In this document: positions 17,182-26,963 of the stretch, one piece after another
How positions within the stretch are numbered: position 1 is the stretch's first letter
Layout of the letters: each line of letters starts with the position of its first letter
Virus record (IMG/VR): IMGVR_UViG_3300027741_000160
Coordinates: 1-34,430 of that record
Length of the DNA stretch: 34,430 nt
Source of the DNA: a virus
Lineage: Duplodnaviria > Caudoviricetes
Direction: 5' to 3' (one strand)
The notes under the pieces: model-generated
What the model was told of the DNA's origin: nothing
Database searches by the model: none
What the model saw: the letters and a program-made list of their open reading frames with translations, nothing else
Program-made: the position numbers and the translations under genes

Positions 17182-17871
17182 ATGAATTGGACAAATGTTT
17201 CGGTATGGCAGATGCAACAAATCTCCAACCTATTATCTAAAAACGAAGGAGATACCAGTCTCGATATCGCCGTTAAGACTTTGGCTATTTTAACGAATAG
17301 AACAGAGGCCCAAATAGATTCGTTAAGTCTTGATGAGTTAAGCCATCAGATCAAAGATATTGCATTCCTAAACGAATCACAACCGAATGCCAAGCCACAA
17401 GATTACATCAAAGTAAACGGTAAGAAATACAAGTGTATTTATGACATTCGAAATATGCCATATGCCAGGTATATGGAAACCAAGTTTTTCGGAAATGATG
17501 TGATGAACAACTTACATAAGATTGGGGCCTCAATGGTAATGCCAATGAAAAAGACTTGGTTTGGTTGGAAGGTTGACCAGTACGATGCAAGCAAGCACGA
17601 AGAATATGCCAATGATTTATTAGAGGCAAGTTATGAATCAGTTTACGGATCAGTGGTTTTTTTTTGTCAAATATACGTTCAATCGATAAACAATTTAGCG
17701 GACTATTTGAAGCAGAGATTGACAAGTCAGGGGATACCGAAGAACGAGGCAGAGGAAACGATAACGGTTTTATGCAACGTTTTGGATGGACTTACCAAGC
17801 TACCATCATCGCAGAACACGAACGAATTAAACTCGAAGAAGTATACGGACTTTCAACAATTCAATGTTTAA
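17182..17871 (+). CDS. Tail assembly chaperone-like protein (zero-frame product)
   Basis: Start probably ATG 17176 or 17182; contains the slippery run GTT TTT TTT TGT at 17656-17667. Confidence 0.6.
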   Translation: MNWTNVSVWQMQQISNLLSKNEGDTSLDIAVKTLAILTNRTEAQIDSLSLDELSHQIKDIAFLNESQPNAKPQDYIKVNGKKYKCIYDIRNMPYARYMETKFFGNDVMNNLHKIGASMVMPMKKTWFGWKVDQYDASKHEEYANDLLEASYESVYGSVVFFCQIYVQSINNLADYLKQRLTSQGIPKNEAEETITVLCNVLDGLTKLPSSQNTNELNSKKYTDFQQFNV

Positions 17872-17945
17872 ACGCATTAAGTTATTTAAAAGCAAAGAAT
17901 GCATTTGATAAAGACCAAATTAATAAAATAAATGCCAAGTATTAG
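17658..17945 (+). CDS. -1 frameshift extension of the chaperone (gpGT-like)
   Basis: The -1 frame runs on from the T9 tract (17657-17665), has only a TTG start there, and its stop overlaps the next gene. Confidence 0.65.
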   Translation, partial: FFLSNIRSIDKQFSGLFEAEIDKSGDTEERGRGNDNGFMQRFGWTYQATIIAEHERIKLEEVYGLSTIQCLNALSYLKAKNAFDKDQINKINAKY

Positions 17946-18621
17946 CCAATCGCAAAAATCTAATATGGACGTCCTTAATAATTTAGGGGCCGAAAAAACT
18001 ATTTCTAATCTGAAATTAACCGAAGTAGAGGCAGTAATGTTTGAAGCTGCGAATCGGTTTATGATGATGGCTAAAAAAACAATTGAAAGAAAAGGCAAAG
18101 TCGATACCGGTAAGATGTCAGATCTTAAAATTAGTCAAGTAATTCAAACCAAATACGGAAGTTATTCGATTATGATTGGATATGATAAATCAAATCCGGC
18201 AAGTGAATACTATGATTATCAAAATAAAGGAGTAAAAGGAATAAAATCAAATAAACCAAATTCAAAATATTACTATAAAGAATCTTGGGTAAGTAAAAAA
18301 ATGATTGAGGCTTTAATGCAATGGTATTTACGGCACAAAAGTTATATAAGAAGCGAGGATCAAAGAAAGAATTTAACGGCCAATCAAAGGAAATCTTTAA
18401 CTGTTGGAAAATTTGCCGATCCTAAAAAACGATTGTATTACGTTGCCAAAAAAACTGCTGAAAGAATAAAAGCAAGAGGTATGCCTCGGGTTGGATTCTT
18501 TGATGATAATCTTGATAAGGTATTTAACGAAGCATTTAGGCAAAAATTAGCCATAGCAATTGGCGAAGATATAGTAATTAACATTAGACAAAATTTCAAT
18601 GGCAATAACAATACAAAGTAG
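17932..18621 (+). CDS. Basic neck / tail-completion protein (HK97 gp10-like)
   Basis: VDTGK.S...Y..Y...GV.G...I..RG..R..FF pattern. Confidence 0.55.
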   Translation: MPSISQSQKSNMDVLNNLGAEKTISNLKLTEVEAVMFEAANRFMMMAKKTIERKGKVDTGKMSDLKISQVIQTKYGSYSIMIGYDKSNPASEYYDYQNKGVKGIKSNKPNSKYYYKESWVSKKMIEALMQWYLRHKSYIRSEDQRKNLTANQRKSLTVGKFADPKKRLYYVAKKTAERIKARGMPRVGFFDDNLDKVFNEAFRQKLAIAIGEDIVINIRQNFNGNNNTK

Positions 18622-19738
18622 TCCAACGGCATTCAGTTCGGCTCACGATGCTTTATATCACGTTGTGACTTCCAGCAATGTCGCAAATTCAAACTTTAAA
18701 TATGTATTTGACTTATCTATTGGTGGAAACCTTGTCTCCACAATTAAAGCCTTTCCAGATTCCGGAGGTTATGGGATATTCGATGCAAGTCCCATTGTCC
18801 GAAACTACTTTGATAGCGGATTTAACCCAAACACAAGCACGGTTTTACAAAATGCAAGCACCGGTTTATTCTGCAACTACACGATTGCCTATGGCGAAGA
18901 ATACGGAGGAGTAACATATCCAAACCTTACAACCATTTCAACCTATTACGGATGGAATTATTCGGCTGATCCATTCGGAAATACCTTGGGAGATTATGCA
19001 AATAAGTTTGTAACAAGCAGAGATAAAACGAATTTAGAGGTAATAAGTGGCGAGAAACTATTTATGACTTATATGAATACGGCTGGCACCGGTGTAATGG
19101 CTTCGATTCAAAAGATTACAAGCAATGGAACAAATGATGGAAGTGCTTCCGTAGGTGCGACCTTATCCACATCAAATACCTTGCTTTTAGATTTATCCCC
19201 TACGGCAATCAATACCTATTTAGGTAGTTCATTCATTACATCTACGACATATGGCTACCAGGTAACTGTTGGAAGTGATACGATAACCATTACGCAAGTT
19301 GTAGCACCAAAATGGACACCTATGTTGATAACGTTTCTTAATCAGTACGGAGGATACGAGACATTCGGATTTCGTTTATTATCGAGACAACAAAAGAAAT
19401 TTAACCGAAGCACCTACAAAGTCAATGAATTTGTAAGAAGTGGAAGCAATATGATTAATAAGAGTGGGGCCAATGTCTTTTATGGTGGTGTTCAATCATT
19501 TGCCGGGGTGGTAGATTATTCCTATTTGGTTGTTAGTGATTATTTAAATGTAAAGGATTACAATGTAGGGAGTCAATTGCTTGCTTCTCCCGAAGCCTAT
19601 TTGCATTTGAATGGTTCTTATTACCCGATTGTAATGCGTGTGACTGATTGGGCAGAAAAGAACCTTACAAGTGATAAGAATTTTAACTATGAATTAACTT
19701 TTGATTTATCTATTAAACAAGCCATTCAATACCGATGA
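18599..19738 (+). CDS. Tail structural protein (distal tail-like)
   Basis: S/T/N/G-rich; FKYVFD and FLN.YGG.ETF.F motifs; tail module context. Confidence 0.6.
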   Translation: MAITIQSSPTAFSSAHDALYHVVTSSNVANSNFKYVFDLSIGGNLVSTIKAFPDSGGYGIFDASPIVRNYFDSGFNPNTSTVLQNASTGLFCNYTIAYGEEYGGVTYPNLTTISTYYGWNYSADPFGNTLGDYANKFVTSRDKTNLEVISGEKLFMTYMNTAGTGVMASIQKITSNGTNDGSASVGATLSTSNTLLLDLSPTAINTYLGSSFITSTTYGYQVTVGSDTITITQVVAPKWTPMLITFLNQYGGYETFGFRLLSRQQKKFNRSTYKVNEFVRSGSNMINKSGANVFYGGVQSFAGVVDYSYLVVSDYLNVKDYNVGSQLLASPEAYLHLNGSYYPIVMRVTDWAEKNLTSDKNFNYELTFDLSIKQAIQYR

Positions 19739-21897
19739 TCACCGAAATATTTATAGAAAATGTGCGTTTGGATTTGTATCAAGATATCGGTGCGGAGTTG
19801 AATTTTAATATCGATGACATCAAAGATTTTTCAAGTCGAAATACAAACTATTCCAAAACAATAACCATTCCAGGCAATGCGAACAATAACAAAGTTTTTG
19901 GCCACATATATAATCTTGGGAGTGCTAATAATTATTTCATTTCAAATCCTTTGCTTCCAAATGTTGGTTTTAATTTTGATCCATCAAAGCAAGCAAGTGC
20001 AAAAATTTTTGTTAACAAGATTCAAGTCTTTAAAGGAGTTATTCGATTGCTTGAAATCAAAATAAACAATGGGGCCATTGATTACGAGTGTGCAGTATTT
20101 GGCGAGTTGGGAGGATTAGCAAATGCAATCGGGAATAAAACTTTAGAGGATTCAGAATTTGCAAACTCATTTAATACTTACAATGTTGCTTGGACTGAAG
20201 GTAATATTACTAATTCTTGGAATGCCAGTGGAGGTACTGGAGTGGTGTTTCCTTTTATTGATTACGGAAATATTCGGAATGGAACGCACAATATTCATAT
20301 GGATGCATTTAGGCCCGCATTCTTTGTTCACGAAATATTAGACAAGATAATTACATATGCCGGGTATACATATTATTCGGCTTTTATGGATTCGCCATTC
20401 TTTAAAAACTTAATCATTCCGAACAATACTTCGGAGATGGAACAAGTAAGGGCCAATCTATTAAATGCTCAAATTTTTAATATAATTACAACGGCTACCG
20501 ATTATGCCTTTGTATTTGGAAGCATTAACCAATACTTATTTACTAATTCCGTAGGTATTACGTTCACATTTACCGGAACGACTGGAACGGTTGGAAACTT
20601 TACGATTAACGGAAGTGGATTAATTCGTACAAATCAGAATGCGACCATTACTTTATACAAAAATGGGGCTGCGATTCAGACTTTTTTGCTTGCCGATAAC
20701 AACAATAACGAATCAGTATTTACAATTAATTCGACAATAAGCCAAACTTTGACAAATGGCGATTACTTTTCGATGGATATTTCATCCAGTTCGGCAAGTA
20801 ATGGATCATTTAGGTTCACTATTGACAACATAACTTTAGATTTCAATTCGACTAATCCCCAGGTATTGACTGCAACGTATGGGGCCACATTAATTATGTC
20901 TAATTTATTCCCTAAAGGAATTTATCAAAAGGATATTTTAGCAAGCATTTGCCGAATGTTCAATTTATACGTTTATGAATCGCCTAATCAATACAATCAT
21001 CTATTAATTGAACCATATGTAAACTTTTACGCAGTTGGTGGATTTGTGAGCATTGATGATACGACTGATTTACTTTTGCACGGAGAAGCTGGAGATAGCA
21101 CCGGTTTGATTTCTATTTCTAATACTGATATTGCGGATCCTTTAGATTGGACTTTAAAACTTGATTATTCAAAAGAAATTTCAATCAAGCCAATGTCTGA
21201 ATTGAATGCCAGGTATTATGATTTTAAATACAAAGAGGATGATGACTATTTAAACGATGCTTATCATACAAAATATAATCAATCCTATGGCGATCGAATT
21301 GAGGATGTAAATTTTGGATTTACTTCGGATCATCAAACCATTGATTTGATTTTTTCTTCTTCCGTTTTAACTGCGAGTACCGGAGATGAAAAATTAGCAG
21401 TTGGAATATTTAAATTAAACGATGCAGTCCAAGAGAGAAAAGATTCAAATATTAGGATTTTACAATTCAAAAAGAAAACGGTAAGTCAGTCTTGGAATTT
21501 AAAAGAACCATCGGCGGAAGGTGAAGGGAATAAACAAACCGGAATTACATCTTACGGATATGCTGGACATTTTGATGATCCTACAAATCCGACAAGTGAT
21601 ATAAATTTTGGAGTGCCAAATGAAATTCTATTTACGTTAACGGTTCCTTATCCAAGTGCTAATTTGTACACGGCTTATTGGGGATCATATTTGGCCGAGA
21701 TCACAAGCAAGGATAGTAAATTATTGAGTTGCTATTTATATCTAACGGCCCAGGACATCAATTCTCTTGATTTTTCTAAACTGATTTATCTTGAAGGATG
21801 CCTTTGGCGATTAAATAAAGTAATCGATTTCAATCCGTCAATCAACCAAACGACTAAGTGCGAATTATTAAAGGTAATTGAATTAACATACTCATAA
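19735..21897 (+). CDS. Tail tip / baseplate hub protein
   Basis: I.DI.DF..R...YSKTI.IPG...NN..F N-terminus and WRLNK..DF.P......ELLK C-terminus. Confidence 0.6.
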   Translation: MITEIFIENVRLDLYQDIGAELNFNIDDIKDFSSRNTNYSKTITIPGNANNNKVFGHIYNLGSANNYFISNPLLPNVGFNFDPSKQASAKIFVNKIQVFKGVIRLLEIKINNGAIDYECAVFGELGGLANAIGNKTLEDSEFANSFNTYNVAWTEGNITNSWNASGGTGVVFPFIDYGNIRNGTHNIHMDAFRPAFFVHEILDKIITYAGYTYYSAFMDSPFFKNLIIPNNTSEMEQVRANLLNAQIFNIITTATDYAFVFGSINQYLFTNSVGITFTFTGTTGTVGNFTINGSGLIRTNQNATITLYKNGAAIQTFLLADNNNNESVFTINSTISQTLTNGDYFSMDISSSSASNGSFRFTIDNITLDFNSTNPQVLTATYGATLIMSNLFPKGIYQKDILASICRMFNLYVYESPNQYNHLLIEPYVNFYAVGGFVSIDDTTDLLLHGEAGDSTGLISISNTDIADPLDWTLKLDYSKEISIKPMSELNARYYDFKYKEDDDYLNDAYHTKYNQSYGDRIEDVNFGFTSDHQTIDLIFSSSVLTASTGDEKLAVGIFKLNDAVQERKDSNIRILQFKKKTVSQSWNLKEPSAEGEGNKQTGITSYGYAGHFDDPTNPTSDINFGVPNEILFTLTVPYPSANLYTAYWGSYLAEITSKDSKLLSCYLYLTAQDINSLDFSKLIYLEGCLWRLNKVIDFNPSINQTTKCELLKVIELTYS

Positions 21898-21898
21898 G

Positions 21899-23665
21899 AT
21901 GGCCCAGGAAATAGTCGGTATTAAATTAGAAACGGATACCCGAAGTCTAAGATCGCAATTTAAAGAGGCGATGGCTGAACTTGCAAAATTGCAAAATCAA
22001 GCCGGTGCAACAAGTAAGGAGATCGCCAATGCAGCCAAAAAGGCGGCAGAGATAAAGGATAGGATTGCAGATGCAAAAGGAACAATTGACGCATTTAATC
22101 CCGATGCTAAATTTAAATCATTTGGTCAGGCTATTTCGGGAGTTGCTGGTGCTTTTGCTGCGGCTCAGGGTGCATTTGCTTTATTCGGAATTGAATCAGA
22201 GAACGTACAAAAGCAATTATTAAAAGTTCAAGGTGCTTTAGCATTATCACAAGGTTTAAACACGGTTTTAGAATCAGTCGAAGGTTTTAAAAACTTAGGT
22301 AGAGTAATTCGTGATACTGTTGTAACATCATTTACAACGCTTAAAGGAGCAATTACTGCAACTGGAATAGGTGCTTTGACTATTGCTTTAGGGTATTTAA
22401 TAGGAAATTGGTCAACATTAACGGCTAAATTAACTACTGCATATCCAATTTTAGTTAAAATAGGCGAAACAATTGGGGCAATAACCGATAAATTAACTGA
22501 TTTTATAGGCATTACTTCACAAGCAGATCGCGATTATGAGAAGGCAAATGAAATATTTCTTAAAAGAAAGACCATTATTGAAGGTCAAATCGAGTTATTA
22601 TCTGCACAAGGTAATAAAGAGGAAGAAATTTATAATTTAAAAAAGGATTTAGTAAATCAAGAAATTGCCAATTTAGAAAATAAAAATAAAACAGTTGCTG
22701 GATTAAATAAGGATGAAAAGACTGAATTAATAAAAAAGCAAAATGAATTATTGGTTTTGGATGCTGGATTTAAAAAATACCAATTAGATCAACAAAAGCA
22801 AGCAAATGAAAAACGAAGGAAGGAACAAGAAGATGCAGATAATAAATTCAATGATAATTTGCAAAAAGAAGGAGAAACTCAATTTGCAAATAATAAAAAA
22901 ATAATAGATCAAATTAATCAGTTAAGATTTGATCAATTACAAACTGAAATAGATACATTAGATAGATCTAATTTAATAAAAGAAAACGATTTTGAACAAG
23001 ATAATATTCGCTTACAATTAACAAAGGAAAGATATTTAGAGCAAAGAGATTTAGAATTAAATGCAGTAGAAAATACCGAAGATGCAGAAATTAAAAAACT
23101 GCAAATTAAAAAGAAATATGCTGACTTAATATTTAATATCGATAAACAAGAGGAGGCAAATACAAAAGCGAGTGAAATATCAAAATACAATTTAAAATTA
23201 AAATATGCAGATTTAGCAATTCAATTAGGGCAAGTTTTACAACAAGCAGCCGGTCAAAATAAAGATTTAGCCATTGCTGGAATTATTGTTGAGCAAGCCG
23301 GTGCGATTGCTAAAATTACAATGAGCAGTCTTACAAATGCAAGTACAGCCGGTTTCCTAACTCCAAAAGGAATTGCAGAATTAGCCGCTGGTGCTTTAGG
23401 TGTTGCAAGTGCAGTTATTGCCGCAAAAAATGGAATTGACACAATTAATAGTACAAATATTCCTGGAAGTAGTTCGGGTTCTGCACCTTCAGTAAATACA
23501 TCCGCACCAATTATGCCTACTTATACGGCACCTCAAGCTACAAGATTAGATCAACAATCTTTAAATACTATTTCAAACGTAGTTTCCAGAGCCTATGTAG
23601 TTGAATCAGATATTAGTGGAGTTACAAAACGAGTGCAAAGAATAGAAAACGCAGCAAGAATTTAA
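21899..23665 (+). CDS. Tape measure protein
   Basis: A/G-rich amphipathic stretches, ATGIGAL.IALG, long charged coiled coil, C-terminal RAYVVESDI. Confidence 0.7.
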   Translation: MAQEIVGIKLETDTRSLRSQFKEAMAELAKLQNQAGATSKEIANAAKKAAEIKDRIADAKGTIDAFNPDAKFKSFGQAISGVAGAFAAAQGAFALFGIESENVQKQLLKVQGALALSQGLNTVLESVEGFKNLGRVIRDTVVTSFTTLKGAITATGIGALTIALGYLIGNWSTLTAKLTTAYPILVKIGETIGAITDKLTDFIGITSQADRDYEKANEIFLKRKTIIEGQIELLSAQGNKEEEIYNLKKDLVNQEIANLENKNKTVAGLNKDEKTELIKKQNELLVLDAGFKKYQLDQQKQANEKRRKEQEDADNKFNDNLQKEGETQFANNKKIIDQINQLRFDQLQTEIDTLDRSNLIKENDFEQDNIRLQLTKERYLEQRDLELNAVENTEDAEIKKLQIKKKYADLIFNIDKQEEANTKASEISKYNLKLKYADLAIQLGQVLQQAAGQNKDLAIAGIIVEQAGAIAKITMSSLTNASTAGFLTPKGIAELAAGALGVASAVIAAKNGIDTINSTNIPGSSSGSAPSVNTSAPIMPTYTAPQATRLDQQSLNTISNVVSRAYVVESDISGVTKRVQRIENAARI

Positions 23666-23675
23666 AAAAATAGAT

Positions 23676-24272
23676 ATGGATTTACCAATTTATCAATTAG
23701 AAATCAGCGATGATGTCAATGATTTGAGTGAGGTTGACTTTGTGGCATTGGTTGACAAGCCAGCAATTGAACGCAATTTCCTAAGATTTAAGGAAAGCCG
23801 TGCAAATTTTGTGATTCAATCAGAAGAAAGGCGAATAGTTTCGGGGCCATTGATGTTAGCCGATACACCGATCTATCGGAATGATGAGAATGGCGAGTAT
23901 TATGTAATGTTTACAAAGCCAACAATTGAGAAGATAGCACAAAAGTTTTTTAAGAAAGGTTATCAGTCAAACGTTAACTTGATGCACGACAACAATCAGG
24001 CAGTTGATGGAGTAACGATGTTTGAAAGTTGGATAGTTGACCAAAGTAGAGGCATTGCATCAATGAAAGGTTTTGAGGATGCACCGGATGGCTCTTGGCT
24101 TGGTTCATTCTTAGTAGAAAACGATTCAGTATGGTCAAGAATTAAGTCAGGAGACTTTAAAGGATTTTCGGTTGAAGGATTATTCAACTATAAAAAAGAA
24201 AAGGCTAAGATGTCAAAGGATGAAGAAATTTGGAATAGAATCGTAGAGGTATTGAACGAAGTAGAAATTTAA
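23676..24272 (+). CDS. Prohead serine protease (XkdF-like)
   Basis: ALVD.PAIE..F, N.MH, ESWI, W..IK.G..KGFSVEG. Confidence 0.85.
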   Translation: MDLPIYQLEISDDVNDLSEVDFVALVDKPAIERNFLRFKESRANFVIQSEERRIVSGPLMLADTPIYRNDENGEYYVMFTKPTIEKIAQKFFKKGYQSNVNLMHDNNQAVDGVTMFESWIVDQSRGIASMKGFEDAPDGSWLGSFLVENDSVWSRIKSGDFKGFSVEGLFNYKKEKAKMSKDEEIWNRIVEVLNEVEI

Positions 24273-24276
24273 ACGA

Positions 24277-24301
24277 TAAAGTTTAGGCTAAAAATTATTT
24301 A
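24277..24301 (+). promoter_or_regulatory. Candidate late promoter TAA-N16-TATTTA upstream of scaffold/capsid
   Basis: Intergenic; same spacing as the sites at 2252 and 26544. Confidence 0.5.
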
Positions 24302-24323
24302 AAGACAAACAATAAATTATTTT

Positions 24324-24914
24324 ATGAATTTTTCAGAAGCAATTGAAAAGATTAAGGTAATGTTGGCGGAGGAATCCCCAGCAGTTGCACAAGAAAATGC
24401 ACCTGAAGCAGTTACGGAATTGAATTTTGATACGTACGATTTAAAAGATGGTACGAAAATCGAATTATCAAGTTTAGTAATTGGTGCAGATGCTATGCTA
24501 ATGGATGATAATGGCAACACGGCAATGGCTCCGGATGGAGATTATGAATTAGCCGATGGAACTATGATCACGGTCGGAGTTGGTAAGGTTGAAGGAATTT
24601 ATACTCCGCAAGCCCAAGCATCTACGGCAGAAGAAGCCCCAATGCCGGGAGGAATGGAATCAGATAAATTTGAATCAGTTCAAATAGAAATCGATTATTT
24701 GAAAACTGAGAATCAAGAATTGAAAGCCCAATTGGAAGCAATCAATACTAAATTTTCGCAAGGTTTTTCAGATGTGATTATAGCACTTGAATCAATTTCA
24801 AAGATGCCATCAAGCGATCCAATTCAAGCACCAAAGAATAAATTTGCTTTGGTAGAAAAGAAGGAAGATAAGATCGCAAGATTTTTAGAAAGAGTAAAAA
24901 CGTTAAACCAATAA
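24324..24914 (+). CDS. Capsid scaffolding protein (putative)
   Basis: Acidic; APDGDYELADG motif plus coiled coil; between protease and capsid. Confidence 0.65.
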   Translation: MNFSEAIEKIKVMLAEESPAVAQENAPEAVTELNFDTYDLKDGTKIELSSLVIGADAMLMDDNGNTAMAPDGDYELADGTMITVGVGKVEGIYTPQAQASTAEEAPMPGGMESDKFESVQIEIDYLKTENQELKAQLEAINTKFSQGFSDVIIALESISKMPSSDPIQAPKNKFALVEKKEDKIARFLERVKTLNQ

Positions 24915-24926
24915 AAAGAAAATAAT

Positions 24927-25889
24927 ATGTCATTCGTAGTAAGTTCATTGTCGGATTACACCATTCAGAACGCACAAGAATTGGTGGTTTCCTCAGTTTT
25001 GGGTTCCAAGACTGCAACCTTGATTAAGGCCCAAGGTAACGTGATGGTAGGTGTTAAATCTGCTGAAACAATCAACATTATGGATACTGATTCAGTATTC
25101 CAGGACGGTGCTTCTTGTGGTTTTACTGCATCAGGTACTACAACGTTCACACAACGTACGATTACAGTTGGTAAAATTAAGGTTAACGAGGCTTTATGTC
25201 TTAAAGATTTACAAGCAAAGTATTTGCAACAAGCATTGCCAGCTGGATCACGTTATGATTCAACTATCTTCGCTGCTGAATTTGCACAACGCAAAGCGGA
25301 CAAGATTGCTGCGGCTTTAGAGGTTGCAACTTGGCAAGGAGATACCGGTTCCGGTACTGCTAACTTGAACAAGTTTGATGGTTTCATCAAGTTAATTGCT
25401 GCGGCTTCTGCATCAGTAATTCACGCAAACGCATCAGGATTTTACGGAACTCCATTGGCAGCTTCTGCTGGTATCACTACTTCAAACGTAATTGCGGTAA
25501 TCGATTCAATCTACCGTGCTATTCCTGCTGAGGTAGTTGCAAAAGATGATACGGCTATCTTTGTTGGAATGGACACTTTCCGTCTTTACACAATCGCATT
25601 AAAGAACGCAAACTTGTTTGCTTACAATATCGATACTAAGGCGGATGCTGAATTTATTCTTCCAGGTACAACCATCAAAGTTATTGCTTTGCAAGGTTTG
25701 AACGGAACTAATAAATTATATTCTTCTCGTATTTCTAACTTGTTCTTAGGTGTTGACCTTTTAAACGAGGAGGAGAAATTCGAATTATTCTACGCAAAAG
25801 AAGCTGATCAAGTACGTTTTGTTTCTGAATTTAAGTACGGTGTGAACTTTGCTTTCCCAGCGGAAATCGTTGATTTTATCTTAGCTTAA
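24927..25889 (+). CDS. Major capsid protein
   Basis: 320 aa; follows protease and scaffold; high-expression codon usage; WQGD...FDGF motif; followed by a hairpin. Confidence 0.8.
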   Translation: MSFVVSSLSDYTIQNAQELVVSSVLGSKTATLIKAQGNVMVGVKSAETINIMDTDSVFQDGASCGFTASGTTTFTQRTITVGKIKVNEALCLKDLQAKYLQQALPAGSRYDSTIFAAEFAQRKADKIAAALEVATWQGDTGSGTANLNKFDGFIKLIAAASASVIHANASGFYGTPLAASAGITTSNVIAVIDSIYRAIPAEVVAKDDTAIFVGMDTFRLYTIALKNANLFAYNIDTKADAEFILPGTTIKVIALQGLNGTNKLYSSRISNLFLGVDLLNEEEKFELFYAKEADQVRFVSEFKYGVNFAFPAEIVDFILA

Positions 25890-25901
25890 TAATCCTAATT
25901 C

Positions 25902-25935
25902 GGGGAGATTCATTGGATTGGACTCCCCTTATTTT
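25902..25935 (+). terminator. Hairpin/terminator after the capsid gene
   Basis: GGGGAG...CTCCCC followed by TTATTTT. Confidence 0.7.
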
Positions 25936-25955
25936 AATATTTAAATAATAAAATT

Positions 25956-26483
25956 ATGGCTTTAGCATCGTGTGCATTAACCCAATCATATGCGTTGGAT
26001 TGTCGTGATAGCTTGGGTGGAGTTACCGAAGTATATTTCATTGAGGCCCAAAACGTAACAAGTGTTACGGAGGCTTCCGGTGGAGGTACATTAACTGCGA
26101 TTACAAAAGTAACATCGAAGGTTTTCAGAAAATATGAATTGGTGCCTGGCACTTCTTCTTTGACTGAAACAATCAACGCAAATCAGCAGAACGGAACGGT
26201 ATTTTACGCACAAGAATTATCAATCATTTTAAATAAGTTACAAGCAAATACACGGAATGAAATCCTTTTGTTAGCACAAAACAACCTTAAAGCAGTTGTA
26301 GGCGATGCAAATGGAAAATATTGGTATTTAGGTCGTGTTAATTCAATTATGGTGTCAGGTGGTAATGGTGCAACCGGTACGTCCCAGGGAGATCGTAGTG
26401 GTTATACATTGACTTTCTCAGGTGCGGAAAAGCAAATGGCACCGGAGGTACAAAGTTCCGTAATTTCTACGTTAACAACTTAA
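25956..26483 (+). CDS. Major tail (tube) protein (putative)
   Basis: C.LT.....DC.DS.GG...NGTVFY.Q.L...TG...GD.SGYTLTF...E pattern. Confidence 0.65.
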   Translation: MALASCALTQSYALDCRDSLGGVTEVYFIEAQNVTSVTEASGGGTLTAITKVTSKVFRKYELVPGTSSLTETINANQQNGTVFYAQELSIILNKLQANTRNEILLLAQNNLKAVVGDANGKYWYLGRVNSIMVSGGNGATGTSQGDRSGYTLTFSGAEKQMAPEVQSSVISTLTT

Positions 26484-26511
26484 TAAAGAGAAGTAGTTTG
26501 GTTGATTACTT

Positions 26512-26542
26512 GGGGGAGGCATTGGTCTCCCCTTCTTTATTT
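26512..26542 (+). terminator. Intrinsic terminator after the tail tube gene
   Basis: GGGGAGGC-ATTG-GTCTCCCC followed by TTCTTTATTT. Confidence 0.8.
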
Positions 26543-26543
26543 A

Positions 26544-26568
26544 TAACTAATTTTCATTTTGCTATTTA
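26544..26568 (+). promoter_or_regulatory. Candidate late promoter TAA-N16-TATTTA restarting transcription before the portal operon
   Basis: Immediately after a terminator; 13-mer identical to 2264-2276. Confidence 0.55.
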
Positions 26569-26576
26569 GTTGTAAG

Positions 26577-26963
26577 ATGATTTATTTAGAAAAAGGGAAA
26601 TCAAGTACGATCGTATTAACATTAAGCGAAAAGGCCCAATTATATTCGCCTAATTACCTATTCGTGTTTAAATCAAGAAGCACAAATGAGGTCATCAAAT
26701 TTATCAAATTAGTTGGAAGTGATGAAAGCCCAAATGAGGATAGATTCAATACGTTTACAATTGCAACAAATACTTATTTTGCCAATTCATTGAAAGGAGA
26801 GTGGTCATATTCAGTTTATGAGCAAGCCAGTACATCTAATTTAGATACAAATAAAACGACAAGTTTAATCGAAGAAGGTCAAATGATTTTATCGGATAGT
26901 AACGTATTTAGTTTTTCATCTTATAATAATCAAGCAAATACATTTATTGTACGAAATATATGA
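26577..26963 (+). CDS. Hypothetical virion-associated protein
   Basis: Start reassigned to ATG 26577; ATGA overlap with the portal gene. Confidence 0.7.
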   Translation: MIYLEKGKSSTIVLTLSEKAQLYSPNYLFVFKSRSTNEVIKFIKLVGSDESPNEDRFNTFTIATNTYFANSLKGEWSYSVYEQASTSNLDTNKTTSLIEEGQMILSDSNVFSFSSYNNQANTFIVRNI

